Positions 1 to 8,700 of a DNA stretch of 31,581 bases are shown here, in pieces; within the stretch, counting starts at the first letter, position 1, and each line of letters starts with the position of its first letter. The stretch lies in the NCBI GenBank assembly GCA_033763455.1, contig JANRKO010000090.1, forward strand, positions 1-31,581, in the 5' to 3' direction. The position numbers and the translations under genes were made by a program. The notes below the pieces were generated by a model that searched no databases, had not been told where the DNA came from, and saw only the letters and a program-made list of their open reading frames with translations. The DNA comes from Polyangiaceae bacterium (lineage in GTDB: Bacteria; Myxococcota_A; Polyangia; Polyangiales; Polyangiaceae).

Positions 1-1311
1 TTTAAGTAGGAACCCACCCGTGGTGACAACGTGCTCGCCTGCCTGCACCCCCTTTAAGATTTCATAAGAAGTCTCGGTTGACGCTCCCAACTGAACTCGG
101 CGCGTTTCATACTCGTTGGCGTTTAACCGAACGAACACGAGAGCGACTCCCTTGGCACGTTGCACAGCAGCACGCGGTACGGAAACTGCTGTCCTCGCGT
201 CTCCGGCCGCAATGCGAGCCTGCCCGTAGAGGTTAGCCCGCAAGGCGCCAGTTGCATTCTGTAGGGGAACCCGCGCCTTAACGGTGCGCGTATGGGGATC
301 AACTCCCGGCGAAACATACGAGATGGTGCCGCTGAGCTCGCCCGCGCCCAAGCTATCAAAGGTGAACGACACGACTTGGCCCACCCTCACAACGGAAAGG
401 TCCGACTCGGCGACATCCAGCTCGGCCCACACGCTGCTTGTGTCCACAATTTCCAAAAGTGTGTCCTCGGTTCCTACAAACCGACCAATGTTAACTTGAA
501 CCTGGGTTACGGTGCCGCTGAGCGGTGCGTGAAGCGTGTAGCCGCCTTTGCCCGGCCCTTGTGCCCCGATCACCGAGAGCGAGGCAGAAAGGGCACTTGC
601 TTCAGCTTTTGCGCTCTCCAGGGCTTGCTGTGCCTGCAGGACCTTTGCGCGCGAGGAGACCCCCTCTTGTTCCAATTGGCTTTCCCGTTTCAAATTCTCT
701 TCCTCAAGGCGCACCCCCGCCTGCGCAGCGGACAGACGGGCCCGATCGGCCCCGACCCCGGCGCTATCGATGGAAAGCAGCGCGTCTCCCTTCTTTACTT
801 GGCTACCGAGGTCTACCTTGAGCTGGGATACTACGCCTGGTGAGCGAGCGTTGATGAGGGCGAGCTTGGTGGCGTCATAAACGATGCGTACGGGCGCAGA
901 GATCGCAGATCCATTCGGTCTCAGTGCGGCGGCGACTGTTTCGATACCCACCGTTGCTGGCGTGCCTTTGCCTTGCAACCGAACGCGGGTGCCGTCGGCC
1001 GGTGCACCGTCGGTCGTCACGTCCACCGCAGGCTTGCCGGCGCGCTCGGGGTGGCAGATGGGGCAAATGGACTCGGGGAAACCGTGCTCGGGGCACCAAT
1101 CCCCCTTGGCTTGAAAGACGGGAATGAGCTTCGGGTTGCACTTGGTGCAAACCGCCTCAAGCACCCCGTGCTCCGCGCACATCGCATTTTCCTGAGTCGC
1201 CGCAGGCGGCTTTTCGACTTTCGCGACCGGAAGAGTGTTGTTGGACGAATGCTCACAGCTTGCGGAGAAACCCACTAGGGTCGCGACAAGCAGGAAAATG
1301 AGAGATCGCAT
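1..1311 (-). CDS. Heavy-metal RND efflux periplasmic adaptor (CzcB/CusB-like membrane fusion lipoprotein) with N-terminal tandem Cys/His repeats; 3' end outside the window
   Basis: Absent from the ORF track because it has no stop in the window. Manual translation from ATG 1311: MRSLIFLLVATLVGFSASC (lipobox), MCAEHGVLEAVCTKCNP...WCPEHGFPESICPICHP, lipoyl halves NARSPGVVSQLKVDLGSQVKKGDALL and LHAPLSGTVTQVQVNIGRFV around a helical hairpin, VWAELDVAESDL, ending ILKGVQAGEHVVTTGGFLLK at base 1. Confidence 0.9.
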   Translation of the reverse strand, partial: MRSLIFLLVATLVGFSASCEHSSNNTLPVAKVEKPPAATQENAMCAEHGVLEAVCTKCNPKLIPVFQAKGDWCPEHGFPESICPICHPERAGKPAVDVTTDGAPADGTRVRLQGKGTPATVGIETVAAALRPNGSAISAPVRIVYDATKLALINARSPGVVSQLKVDLGSQVKKGDALLSIDSAGVGADRARLSAAQAGVRLEEENLKRESQLEQEGVSSRAKVLQAQQALESAKAEASALSASLSVIGAQGPGKGGYTLHAPLSGTVTQVQVNIGRFVGTEDTLLEIVDTSSVWAELDVAESDLSVVRVGQVVSFTFDSLGAGELSGTISYVSPGVDPHTRTVKARVPLQNATGALRANLYGQARIAAGDARTAVSVPRAAVQRAKGVALVFVRLNANEYETRRVQLGASTETSYEILKGVQAGEHVVTTGGFLLK

Positions 1312-1323
1312 GGCTTATCCCGA

Positions 1324-1647
1324 TCAATTGGTTTTTGCCGGCCGAACAATTTTTAGGTCTGGATGGCACTTACGGCACTGAGATTCCGGCAGGCCATGTT
1401 CTTGGCACCAGTCACCCGTGGCCTTGAATGCCGCGATCAGCGACGGATTGCACTGCGTGCATTGCGACTCCGGAACTGCGTGTTCCCCGCACCAATCTTC
1501 GTGAGATCCGGGTTTCACATCCGCCGCTGCATGAACTGCCGCGACGGCACTGGGTGCCTCCTTGGTCGAGTCTTTCGTGGACTTCGAACAGGAGGAAAGC
1601 GGCATGACCGCAAATAGTGTGATTAGTAGCAGAGCAAAGTTTCGCAT
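1324..1647 (-). CDS. Small lipoprotein with two C-x2-H-x6-C-x2-C repeats (candidate metal-binding protein)
   Basis: ATG 1647 after a GGAGA RBS; lipobox LSSC; WCGEHAVPESQCTQCNP and WCQEHGLPESQCRKCHP; ends 12 bp before the adaptor start. Confidence 0.85.
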   Translation of the reverse strand: MRNFALLLITLFAVMPLSSCSKSTKDSTKEAPSAVAAVHAAADVKPGSHEDWCGEHAVPESQCTQCNPSLIAAFKATGDWCQEHGLPESQCRKCHPDLKIVRPAKTN

Positions 1648-1901
1648 CTCTATCTCCAAGTTTAAGGACGTACCATCTCCCGAGTCGGGGGATGTCTCAG
1701 ATTGGTTTCTTTCTCAAATGGCAACCCAATTGCGCCTGACGCGTCGGCGTTCGCGACGAGAATCGCGTATTACTCTTCGTGCTCGTCCAGAGCGCTGCGT
1801 GCCCGCAGGGCATCGCGAGACGGCGCAGTCGTGTCGGCGCACGCCTGGTGGATCAGGCATGTCGAAGTGGTCGCGCTGATTTGTCGCGCTAACCCGGTCT
1901 T

Positions 1902-2291
1902 TCAGCTTGATAGTACTGCGCGCTTGGGAACATGCATGATCCCATGCGGCTCTGCTGCACCTGGCATTGGGCGGACGATGAGTTCAGGCAGAATGGTATA
2001 GGGCGGCAGCACCACCCCAAAGGCCACTGAATTCACCGCTACGGCGCGGCTTTGAGCGCCGCACCCCAGCGAGCAATCGAATGGACACGGGCATTCCGTC
2101 GACGATTGCTCTCCGAACTCTCCAACCTCTACCGGCGTCTCGGCGCGAGCGCTTTCGAACGCTGCTGCTCTGTTGAAGTTGGCGCCGCAAGGCGTCTCAC
2201 ACGTATCCTCGCCCATCGCAGCCACCACGCACGATACTCCGCCACCCAATGCGAACTGAAAGCAAAGAGCGCACGCTAGCGCAAGTGCCAT
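1902..2291 (-). CDS. Cys-rich exported hypothetical protein, possibly analogous to DUF2946/CzcI-like leader genes
   Basis: Hydrophobic N-terminus, CETPC and CPCPFDCSLGC, Pro-rich tail ending PHGIMHVPKR; lies upstream of the metal efflux genes. Start uncertain (2291 or up to 2372). Confidence 0.6.
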   Translation of the reverse strand: MALALACALCFQFALGGGVSCVVAAMGEDTCETPCGANFNRAAAFESARAETPVEVGEFGEQSSTECPCPFDCSLGCGAQSRAVAVNSVAFGVVLPPYTILPELIVRPMPGAAEPHGIMHVPKRAVLSS

Positions 2292-2417
2292 TAGGCGTGT
2301 GAAGCCGGCTTCTCGTCGCAGCTGCGGGTCGCGTGTCACGTGGACCACGAAGGTACCCCAAGTTGCTGCCACAAGCCAAGCCGCTCTACGGCCCTTCGTA
2401 CGCCCCTCGCTAAACAG

Positions 2418-2768
2418 TCATTTCTCGGCGGGCAAGGGCGGCATCACGACGCCGGGCGGGAGCACATCGGCTGGATCGCCGCAGGGACCCCACTCTCCAT
2501 CAAAACACATCTGACCGCCGTCAAAGCAGCTTTGGATCCCCTGAAACTCACCGCGAATCACCTTGCAGTGTTGGACGGCTCCAGGCTCACACTTGCTCGA
2601 TACAGCCGCGACGACGTTCTTGGAGCTATCCGCACCCATCTCCATTGGCGGAGGGAGCTCGCTGTCCGAAGCCCCACACCCGGTGAAGAAAGGCACCGCG
2701 GCGCTCAGCGCAGCACCTGCGAGGGCGGAAGGGAAGTGAGACGGGCGTTTGCTCTCGCGCTTTTCCAT
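2418..2768 (-). CDS. Small Cys-rich lipoprotein
   Basis: MEKRESKRP...VPFFTGC lipobox, then the module CEPGAVQHC...SCFDGGQMCFDGEWGPC. The longer track ORF overlaps the deacetylase. Confidence 0.7.
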   Translation of the reverse strand: MEKRESKRPSHFPSALAGAALSAAVPFFTGCGASDSELPPPMEMGADSSKNVVAAVSSKCEPGAVQHCKVIRGEFQGIQSCFDGGQMCFDGEWGPCGDPADVLPPGVVMPPLPAEK

Positions 2769-2811
2769 AACTTTGGAAGCGTAACCTACCTTCGGGCCGT
2801 CGTCCTTCCAC

Positions 2812-3612
2812 TTATTCGCTCTTCGCCAAGATCTCATTTTGAGATGCCATGAGTTCACCCAAGGTAACCGCGCGAAGCCCACGACGTTCTGCCTCAGCCA
2901 ACACCAGTGAAAGCCTAGATACTCCAAGCGGAACCCGCTCGCCCCGCTCGGGAGCATCGTGCAAAAGTGCGATCGCACCCGGCCTAAGCCCCCCACACAT
3001 TCGCCTAACAAACGCCTCAGCTTTAGTCCAACCTACCCCATCGTACCCACGCACAGACCATCCCACCAACGTGAGCCCAAGCTCGCGCGCCACGCGCGCA
3101 ACTGGCGGTGAAACCACGCCAACAGGTGGACGGAAGAAGAGTGGCGCAGGCACATTCTGCTCCCTCAGCACCGCAAGCGCGTTCAGCATATCGCTTCGAA
3201 GCGCCTGCCTCCGAAGGAACGCGTAAGACCAACGATGCTTGAACCCATGCAGCGCCACTTCATGCCCTCCTGCGAGTATTTCGCCGAGCACCTCCGGGTA
3301 ACGCTGCGCCTTCTCGCCAATTACGAAGAACGTAGCGTGTGCACCGAACTCTGCGAGTGTGCTCAGCACCCGACGCGTAGTTTCCGGGTGGGGCCCATCG
3401 TCAAAGGTAAGTGCCACGAGCGCTTTACCTGTCGGCCCCCGTTGGATCCGACTTCCGTACCACCCCACTCCCGGCAACGCTCCCACGAACAAGACACCGA
3501 GCACCACCAACAGCGTCCCAAGGAGCCATACAAACACGCTCCGCATCCAAGCAGAAACCCCAAGAGCTGCCCAGCGGCTTTGCCGGCACCAACGAAGGCC
3601 CCGGTAATTCAA
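2812..3612 (-). CDS. Polysaccharide deacetylase (NodB/CE4), membrane-anchored
   Basis: Motifs TFDDGP, HGFKH, FRPPVG and LLHD; N-terminal hydrophobic segment. Start may be ATG 3546. Confidence 0.93.
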   Translation of the reverse strand: MNYRGLRWCRQSRWAALGVSAWMRSVFVWLLGTLLVVLGVLFVGALPGVGWYGSRIQRGPTGKALVALTFDDGPHPETTRRVLSTLAEFGAHATFFVIGEKAQRYPEVLGEILAGGHEVALHGFKHRWSYAFLRRQALRSDMLNALAVLREQNVPAPLFFRPPVGVVSPPVARVARELGLTLVGWSVRGYDGVGWTKAEAFVRRMCGGLRPGAIALLHDAPERGERVPLGVSRLSLVLAEAERRGLRAVTLGELMASQNEILAKSE

Positions 3613-3681
3613 AGCCTCCCGCCAAAATAGTTCGGCTTTTGGGGACCCCAGAATATGGTGCGCGGGGCAAAAAGGCGCACA

Positions 3682-5115
3682 GTGCTGTTCAATACACTCG
3701 ACTACGCCAAGTTCTTCGCCGCCGTGTTCGTGGTGAGTTGGCTTTTGGTACGCACCCGCAAGGTGCGCGTGCTCTTTTTGCTAGCTGCGAGTTACGTGTT
3801 TTATGCCCACTGGGATTGGCGCTTCTTGCCTTTGATTTGGGGCTCTTCCACCGTGGATTGGTTGTTGGGCCACGCCATCGGGCGGAGTGAAGATCCGAAA
3901 GTGCGCAAGCTGTGGCTTGTCGCAACGGTAGTTGTTAATCTAGGCGTTCTCGCCATCTTCAAGTATTTTAACTTTGGCCTTGAAATGGCTAAAGCCGCAG
4001 CCACCGCTCTTGGCTTCGCGCCGCCTGAGATCGCATTTCACATCGCACTGCCAGTTGGCATCAGCTTTTTTACCTTTGAATCGATGAGTTATGTCATCGA
4101 TATCTATCGACGCGAACTTCAGCCACACAAGAGCTACCTCGAGTACCTCACGTTCGTCGCTTTCTTCCCACATCTTGTTGCAGGCCCGATCGTGCGCCCG
4201 CGCGATCTGTTGCCACAGCTAACTGAGCCGGCTCGCTTTAGCCCGGAAGCTGGCAGCGAAGGCCTTTTCTTGATTGCGAAAGGCTTGTTCAAGAAGGTGG
4301 CGATTGGGGATTTTCTCGCAGTAAATCTTATTGATCGCGTGTTCGACGCGCCGCTTCAGTTTTCGGGGCTCGAATGTTACGCCGCCATTGTTGCGTATGC
4401 GGTCCAAATCTACTGCGACTTTTCTGGTTACACGGATATCGCGTCCGGCTCGGCATTGCTCCTCGGCGTGCGTTTCCCCCTAAACTTTGATTCCCCGTAC
4501 AAGGCACACAACATCGTAGATTTTTGGCGCCGGTGGCATATTTCGCTTTCCACCTGGCTCAGGGATTACCTCTACATTCCGTTGGGAGGGAACCGAAAGG
4601 GGCACTTTCGCACCTACGTGAACCTCATGCTCACGATGTTGCTCGGAGGCCTTTGGCACGGAGCCAGCCTGAGCTTTGTGGCCTGGGGAGGCCTGCATGG
4701 TGCCGCTCTCGCCGCAACACGAGCCTATGAAACATTCCGGGCACGGCGTGGCACAGGCGGGATTCCTCGGGCGCCCAACCGCTTAGCTCGCACCCTGGGC
4801 GTTATTGTTACCTTCCATCTCGTGTGTCTGGGTTGGGTCTTTTTCCGCGCAAATAGCTTCAGCCAAGCTGGCCTGATGCTCAGCCGCGTGGCTAGCTTTA
4901 CTTTCTACCACCCGAACTTGCACACTACTGTTCTCTTCGTACTGGCCCTTGGCCTCCTCAGCCATTACGTACCAGAGGCTTGGTTCAATAAAATACAGGC
5001 TACATTTATTCGGCTGCCAGCTCTCGGCCAAGCCGTTTGCCTGATCCTCGCGGCCCTCGCCATCAAGCAGCTCGCCACCACAGAATCCGTACCCTTCGTT
5101 TACTTTCAATTCTGA
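3682..5115 (+). CDS. MBOAT family O-acyltransferase (AlgI/PatA-like)
   Basis: LPVGISFFTF, FFPHLVAGPI, QIYCDFSGYTD, FWRRWHISLSTWLRDYLYIPLGG, GLWHGA, C-terminal FVYFQF. GTG 3682 gives the typical MLFN start (track start 3655). Confidence 0.95.
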   Translation: MLFNTLDYAKFFAAVFVVSWLLVRTRKVRVLFLLAASYVFYAHWDWRFLPLIWGSSTVDWLLGHAIGRSEDPKVRKLWLVATVVVNLGVLAIFKYFNFGLEMAKAAATALGFAPPEIAFHIALPVGISFFTFESMSYVIDIYRRELQPHKSYLEYLTFVAFFPHLVAGPIVRPRDLLPQLTEPARFSPEAGSEGLFLIAKGLFKKVAIGDFLAVNLIDRVFDAPLQFSGLECYAAIVAYAVQIYCDFSGYTDIASGSALLLGVRFPLNFDSPYKAHNIVDFWRRWHISLSTWLRDYLYIPLGGNRKGHFRTYVNLMLTMLLGGLWHGASLSFVAWGGLHGAALAATRAYETFRARRGTGGIPRAPNRLARTLGVIVTFHLVCLGWVFFRANSFSQAGLMLSRVASFTFYHPNLHTTVLFVLALGLLSHYVPEAWFNKIQATFIRLPALGQAVCLILAALAIKQLATTESVPFVYFQF

Positions 5116-5432
5116 TGACTTCTCTTCCTGCTCCGCCCAGCAAACCCGAAGCCCCCACGCTCGATGCCAAGGGGCGTGAGCGACCACGTTTTCTGCTCTC
5201 TTTCCCAGCGGACCAGAACTTGGATGCGCTCGTGCAGGCTTTCGAACGGGGTGATTACAGAACTGTGCGAGCAGAGGCGCCAAAGCTAGCCTCGGAAACT
5301 TCGGACGCCGAAGTTCGCGCGGCGGCGGAAGAGCTGCTTCGTCGAATCCAGCCAGAACCGGCGCTTGCTTATTTATTGGCTCTAGCTGTGGGATTGCTGC
5401 TCTTTTTGGTGCTACATGCCTACACACGCTAA
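5115..5432 (+). CDS. Small hypothetical protein with a C-terminal transmembrane helix
   Basis: ATG overlaps the MBOAT stop (TGATG); helical core AFERGDYRTVR; hydrophobic C-terminus. Confidence 0.75.
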   Translation: MTSLPAPPSKPEAPTLDAKGRERPRFLLSFPADQNLDALVQAFERGDYRTVRAEAPKLASETSDAEVRAAAEELLRRIQPEPALAYLLALAVGLLLFLVLHAYTR

Positions 5433-5541
5433 CTGAACGTCTTGCCGGTAGGCTCCCCAACGACATAGCGTTCGCGAGAAAACGCCGCTTTCTCACAGGT
5501 GCCCACACGCCCGCATAGAAAAACTTGCGGAGCCACGGGAC

Positions 5542-5587
5542 AAACTTTGCTCCGCCTCCCATTGAAACTTTGCTCTGCCTCTCACTA
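5542..5587. repeat. Imperfect 23-bp tandem direct repeat (candidate activator binding site)
   Basis: AAACTTTGCTCCGCCTCCCATTG / AAACTTTGCTCTGCCTCTCACTA, 19 of 23 identical. Confidence 0.75.
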
Positions 5588-5636
5588 AAGGGACCGACAA
5601 AGCGGCCGATCTGATTACGTGAGCCCTACAAGGATC

Positions 5637-5653
5637 CAGGCACGGAATCTGCT
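5637..5653 (+). promoter_or_regulatory. Sigma54 (-24/-12) promoter of the PA14 lipoprotein operon
   Basis: CAGGCACGGAATCTGCT versus consensus YTGGCACGNNNNTTGCW; exact GG-N10-GC spacing; about 60 bp before the GTG start. Confidence 0.7.
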
Positions 5654-5715
5654 TCATTGGTTAAGCGCTGTTCCGTGGTGTGCCACATGCAGCGAGCCCC
5701 TCGGAGAAGTAATCA

Positions 5716-8700
5716 GTGTTTAGCTTCCGCCACCTCGCAATACTGAGTGTGTTTGCCGCCATCGGTTGCAGCTCGAATGAAAAGAAGCTGCCGCAGCTTG
5801 AGGCCGGATCGGGCCGCACCACTGTAACCGCAGATGTGAACGCTTGCGTTACTCCGAACGACGGATGCGCCTGTGGTGTTGCGGGGCAAACGGTGGCATG
5901 TGGCGTGGTACGGCAATCGGGCGACTACAAAGCTTGCTCGATGGGCGAACGAACGTGCCAACCCAACGGCACCTGGGGCACCTGCGTTGGCGATAGCATT
6001 GCTCCTTTTCCCGCCACAGATAAACGCACTCTTGCCCTGGGCGCCGCGACACCTTGTGTAGCCAACCCGTGCGACCCCCTATGCCAAGGCTTCAATGATG
6101 ATCCCTCAGGCGTCACGCTTCCCCCTGGATTTGTGAATGATCCGAACAACGGCGGCATTCAGCTAAAAGCCTCGCCGCCGATGGTGAACAACACCACGTG
6201 CACCGGCATCGTCGTTACCCCGCCTACGGACACCATCACCGTTAGCCAATTCAACGTCTCAACTGGCGTGTTGGGTGAATACTTTAACCGCTTCGACAAG
6301 ACCATTACCTCCATCCCCAATACGTGGGTGGTTACGGGTACCCGCAACGACGCCACCATCAACTTCAACTGGGCCACCAGTCCTGGCGTTACGGGCGTCG
6401 GGGCCGACGGTTTCACGGTGCGTTGGACTGGAACCATCATTCCCACCACCACCGAGGCCTATACATTCTACACCAAGACAGATGACGGCGTTCGCTTCTG
6501 GCTGAACAACACCCTCCTCGTCGACAAGTGGAAGGACCAAGGCGCCACCGAGTACTCCACAACCGCACAGAATCTCGTGGCGGGCACCGCTTATTCCTTC
6601 CGCATGGAGTATTACGAGAATAGCGGCGGCGCCTCCGCCGACTTGCGTTGGAGCTCGGCGAGCGTTGCCAAGCAGATCATTCCTACCTCATCGTTGGCTG
6701 GGCCAGGTGGGCCGCTACCGCCATTCACGCTTTCCCCCACCAACCTGAAATACACGGCGGCGCTCGACCCACCCAACTGCTTTAAGGGGGTATTTGGCGC
6801 GTCGTGGAGCATTGATGGGCTTGATGTTGCGACCATCGATACCGACGGGCGCCTGGATGTTTTTAGCCCAACGGCTAGCACCATCAATGTGCGCGCGTAC
6901 GCCGGTAACTTCGTGGGTCAAGCGACCGCGAACGTAAAGGTGGATGTATTGGACACGAGCCTTGCCCCCACTGGCAGCGTGGCGGCGCTGGCCATGAATC
7001 CAACGGTCGCAGACACCGTCGACGTGCTCTATCCGTACGATAACGTCGTGCTCCCACTGGCCCTGCAGCCGCCTTTAGTGATGTACGACAACGGTGGAGT
7101 GGCCGCAGAAGCAGTTAAGGTGAGCCTGCTTTACCCAGCTTCGGGCACACCCGCGTTTAAGTGGGAACAAATCCTTCCTGAAACGTCGCCCCCTAGCATC
7201 ACGCTACCGCCCGAAGTCTGGAAGTATTTCGAGCGCTCCGCCAAGGGCAACACCGGCGCTCTGCAGATCCAACGCGTGGTCGCCGGCTCACCGCGGCTGG
7301 CCGTTACCCGGAACATCCGCTTCGCTCAAGGACCCGTGAGGGGCCGCGTTTATTACACCCAGTATGGTCGCAGCGGGGGCACCAAGATGATGGTGGCCAA
7401 TCCCGGCGGGACAACTTCAGCTACCTCGGCGTTCCCAGTGAACGATGGGTGCCCTGTTTGTCATTCCGTGTCGGCTAACGGCAACAAGTTTGCCACCTCG
7501 GATAAGAAATGGAGCGCCACCAACGGCGGCATTTCCGACATCCTTTCGGACGGCAGCCTAAGCCCACTTGCTGACTTTGTTTCTCCCGCAACCGCGTATC
7601 AGACCGGCAACGACGACTGGCGTGGCTTCGCTTGGGCCCCGCTCACACCCGATGGCAGCTTGCTTCTGGCCGCCAATAATATCTGGGGCAACAGCAAGCA
7701 GAATATCGTGGGTATCGACACATCGGTAACACCCAACGTCGTCAACGCCCCCACCACTTACCTTTCCGGGGGCAACGGCACGGGCTTGCTCGCCGAATAT
7801 TTCCCCAACACCACCATGACGGGTGAGCCCTGGACTCGCACCGATCCCAAGGTGTTCTTCGATTGGGCGGCAGCCAGCCCCGGCTACAACCTGGGCACAG
7901 ATAACTTCTCTGTACGCTGGACGGGCCAGATCCAGGGGCGCTTCAAGGAGAACTACACCTTTAGCATCCTCACCACCGACGGCGTACGCCTCTACATCGA
8001 CAACAACCTGATCATCGATCAAGCCGCCTATCAGGGTGCACTCACTACCTTCACGGGAACTGCAAATCTAGATCCCGCTGTCAAATCCACAATCCGCGTG
8101 GAATTGACGGACACAAGTGGTGTCTCGCAAATTGAGCTCCGCTGGTCGAGCCCGAGCACGGCCGAAGTTCCGATTCCGCCTACGCAGCTTTTCAACAACA
8201 TAGGGTTACGCGGCCTCGAGACCACCTATTACGACAACAACGACTTCACGGGCACTAGCTTCACGCGCCTTGAGCAAAACCTCTCAGCCAACTGGGGCGC
8301 AGCCGCGCCCGACGTAAGCATGGGCACTGAGGACTTTAGCTTCATCGCTACGGGCTTCGTTCAAGCTCCCTACACCGGAAACATTCAGTTCTGCGCCGAC
8401 GCAGACGATCGCGTGGAGCTCACCGTAAACGGAACCACGCTGCTCAATACCATGAGCGCCAGCAACACGTGCGCCGCGGGCATCGCACTCACGGCTGGGC
8501 AAAAGTACCCAATTACTGTAAAAATGAGGGAATTTACCGGCAACGCCAAGCTTATCCTGCAATGGCAGCTCACGGGGGTATTCGCCAAGATCACCATCCC
8601 GCCCGAACGCCTCTTCCCGCCCAATACCTATGTGGCCCCAACCAATGGCCTCTCGGCCAGCATCTACGACGACAAAGACTTCAACGTTGGAGCAGGTGTT

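Noticed and set aside
123..1278. Track ORFs such as 292..843 (+)
   Set aside because: Shadows of the minus-strand RND adaptor that spans 1-1311.
1660..1900. NiCo or other metal riboswitch in the efflux leader
   Set aside because: I could not recognise the conserved NiCo sequence elements by eye; an Infernal scan is needed.
5542..5587. Possible CRISPR remnant
   Set aside because: Only two adjacent units, no spacers, no cas genes.
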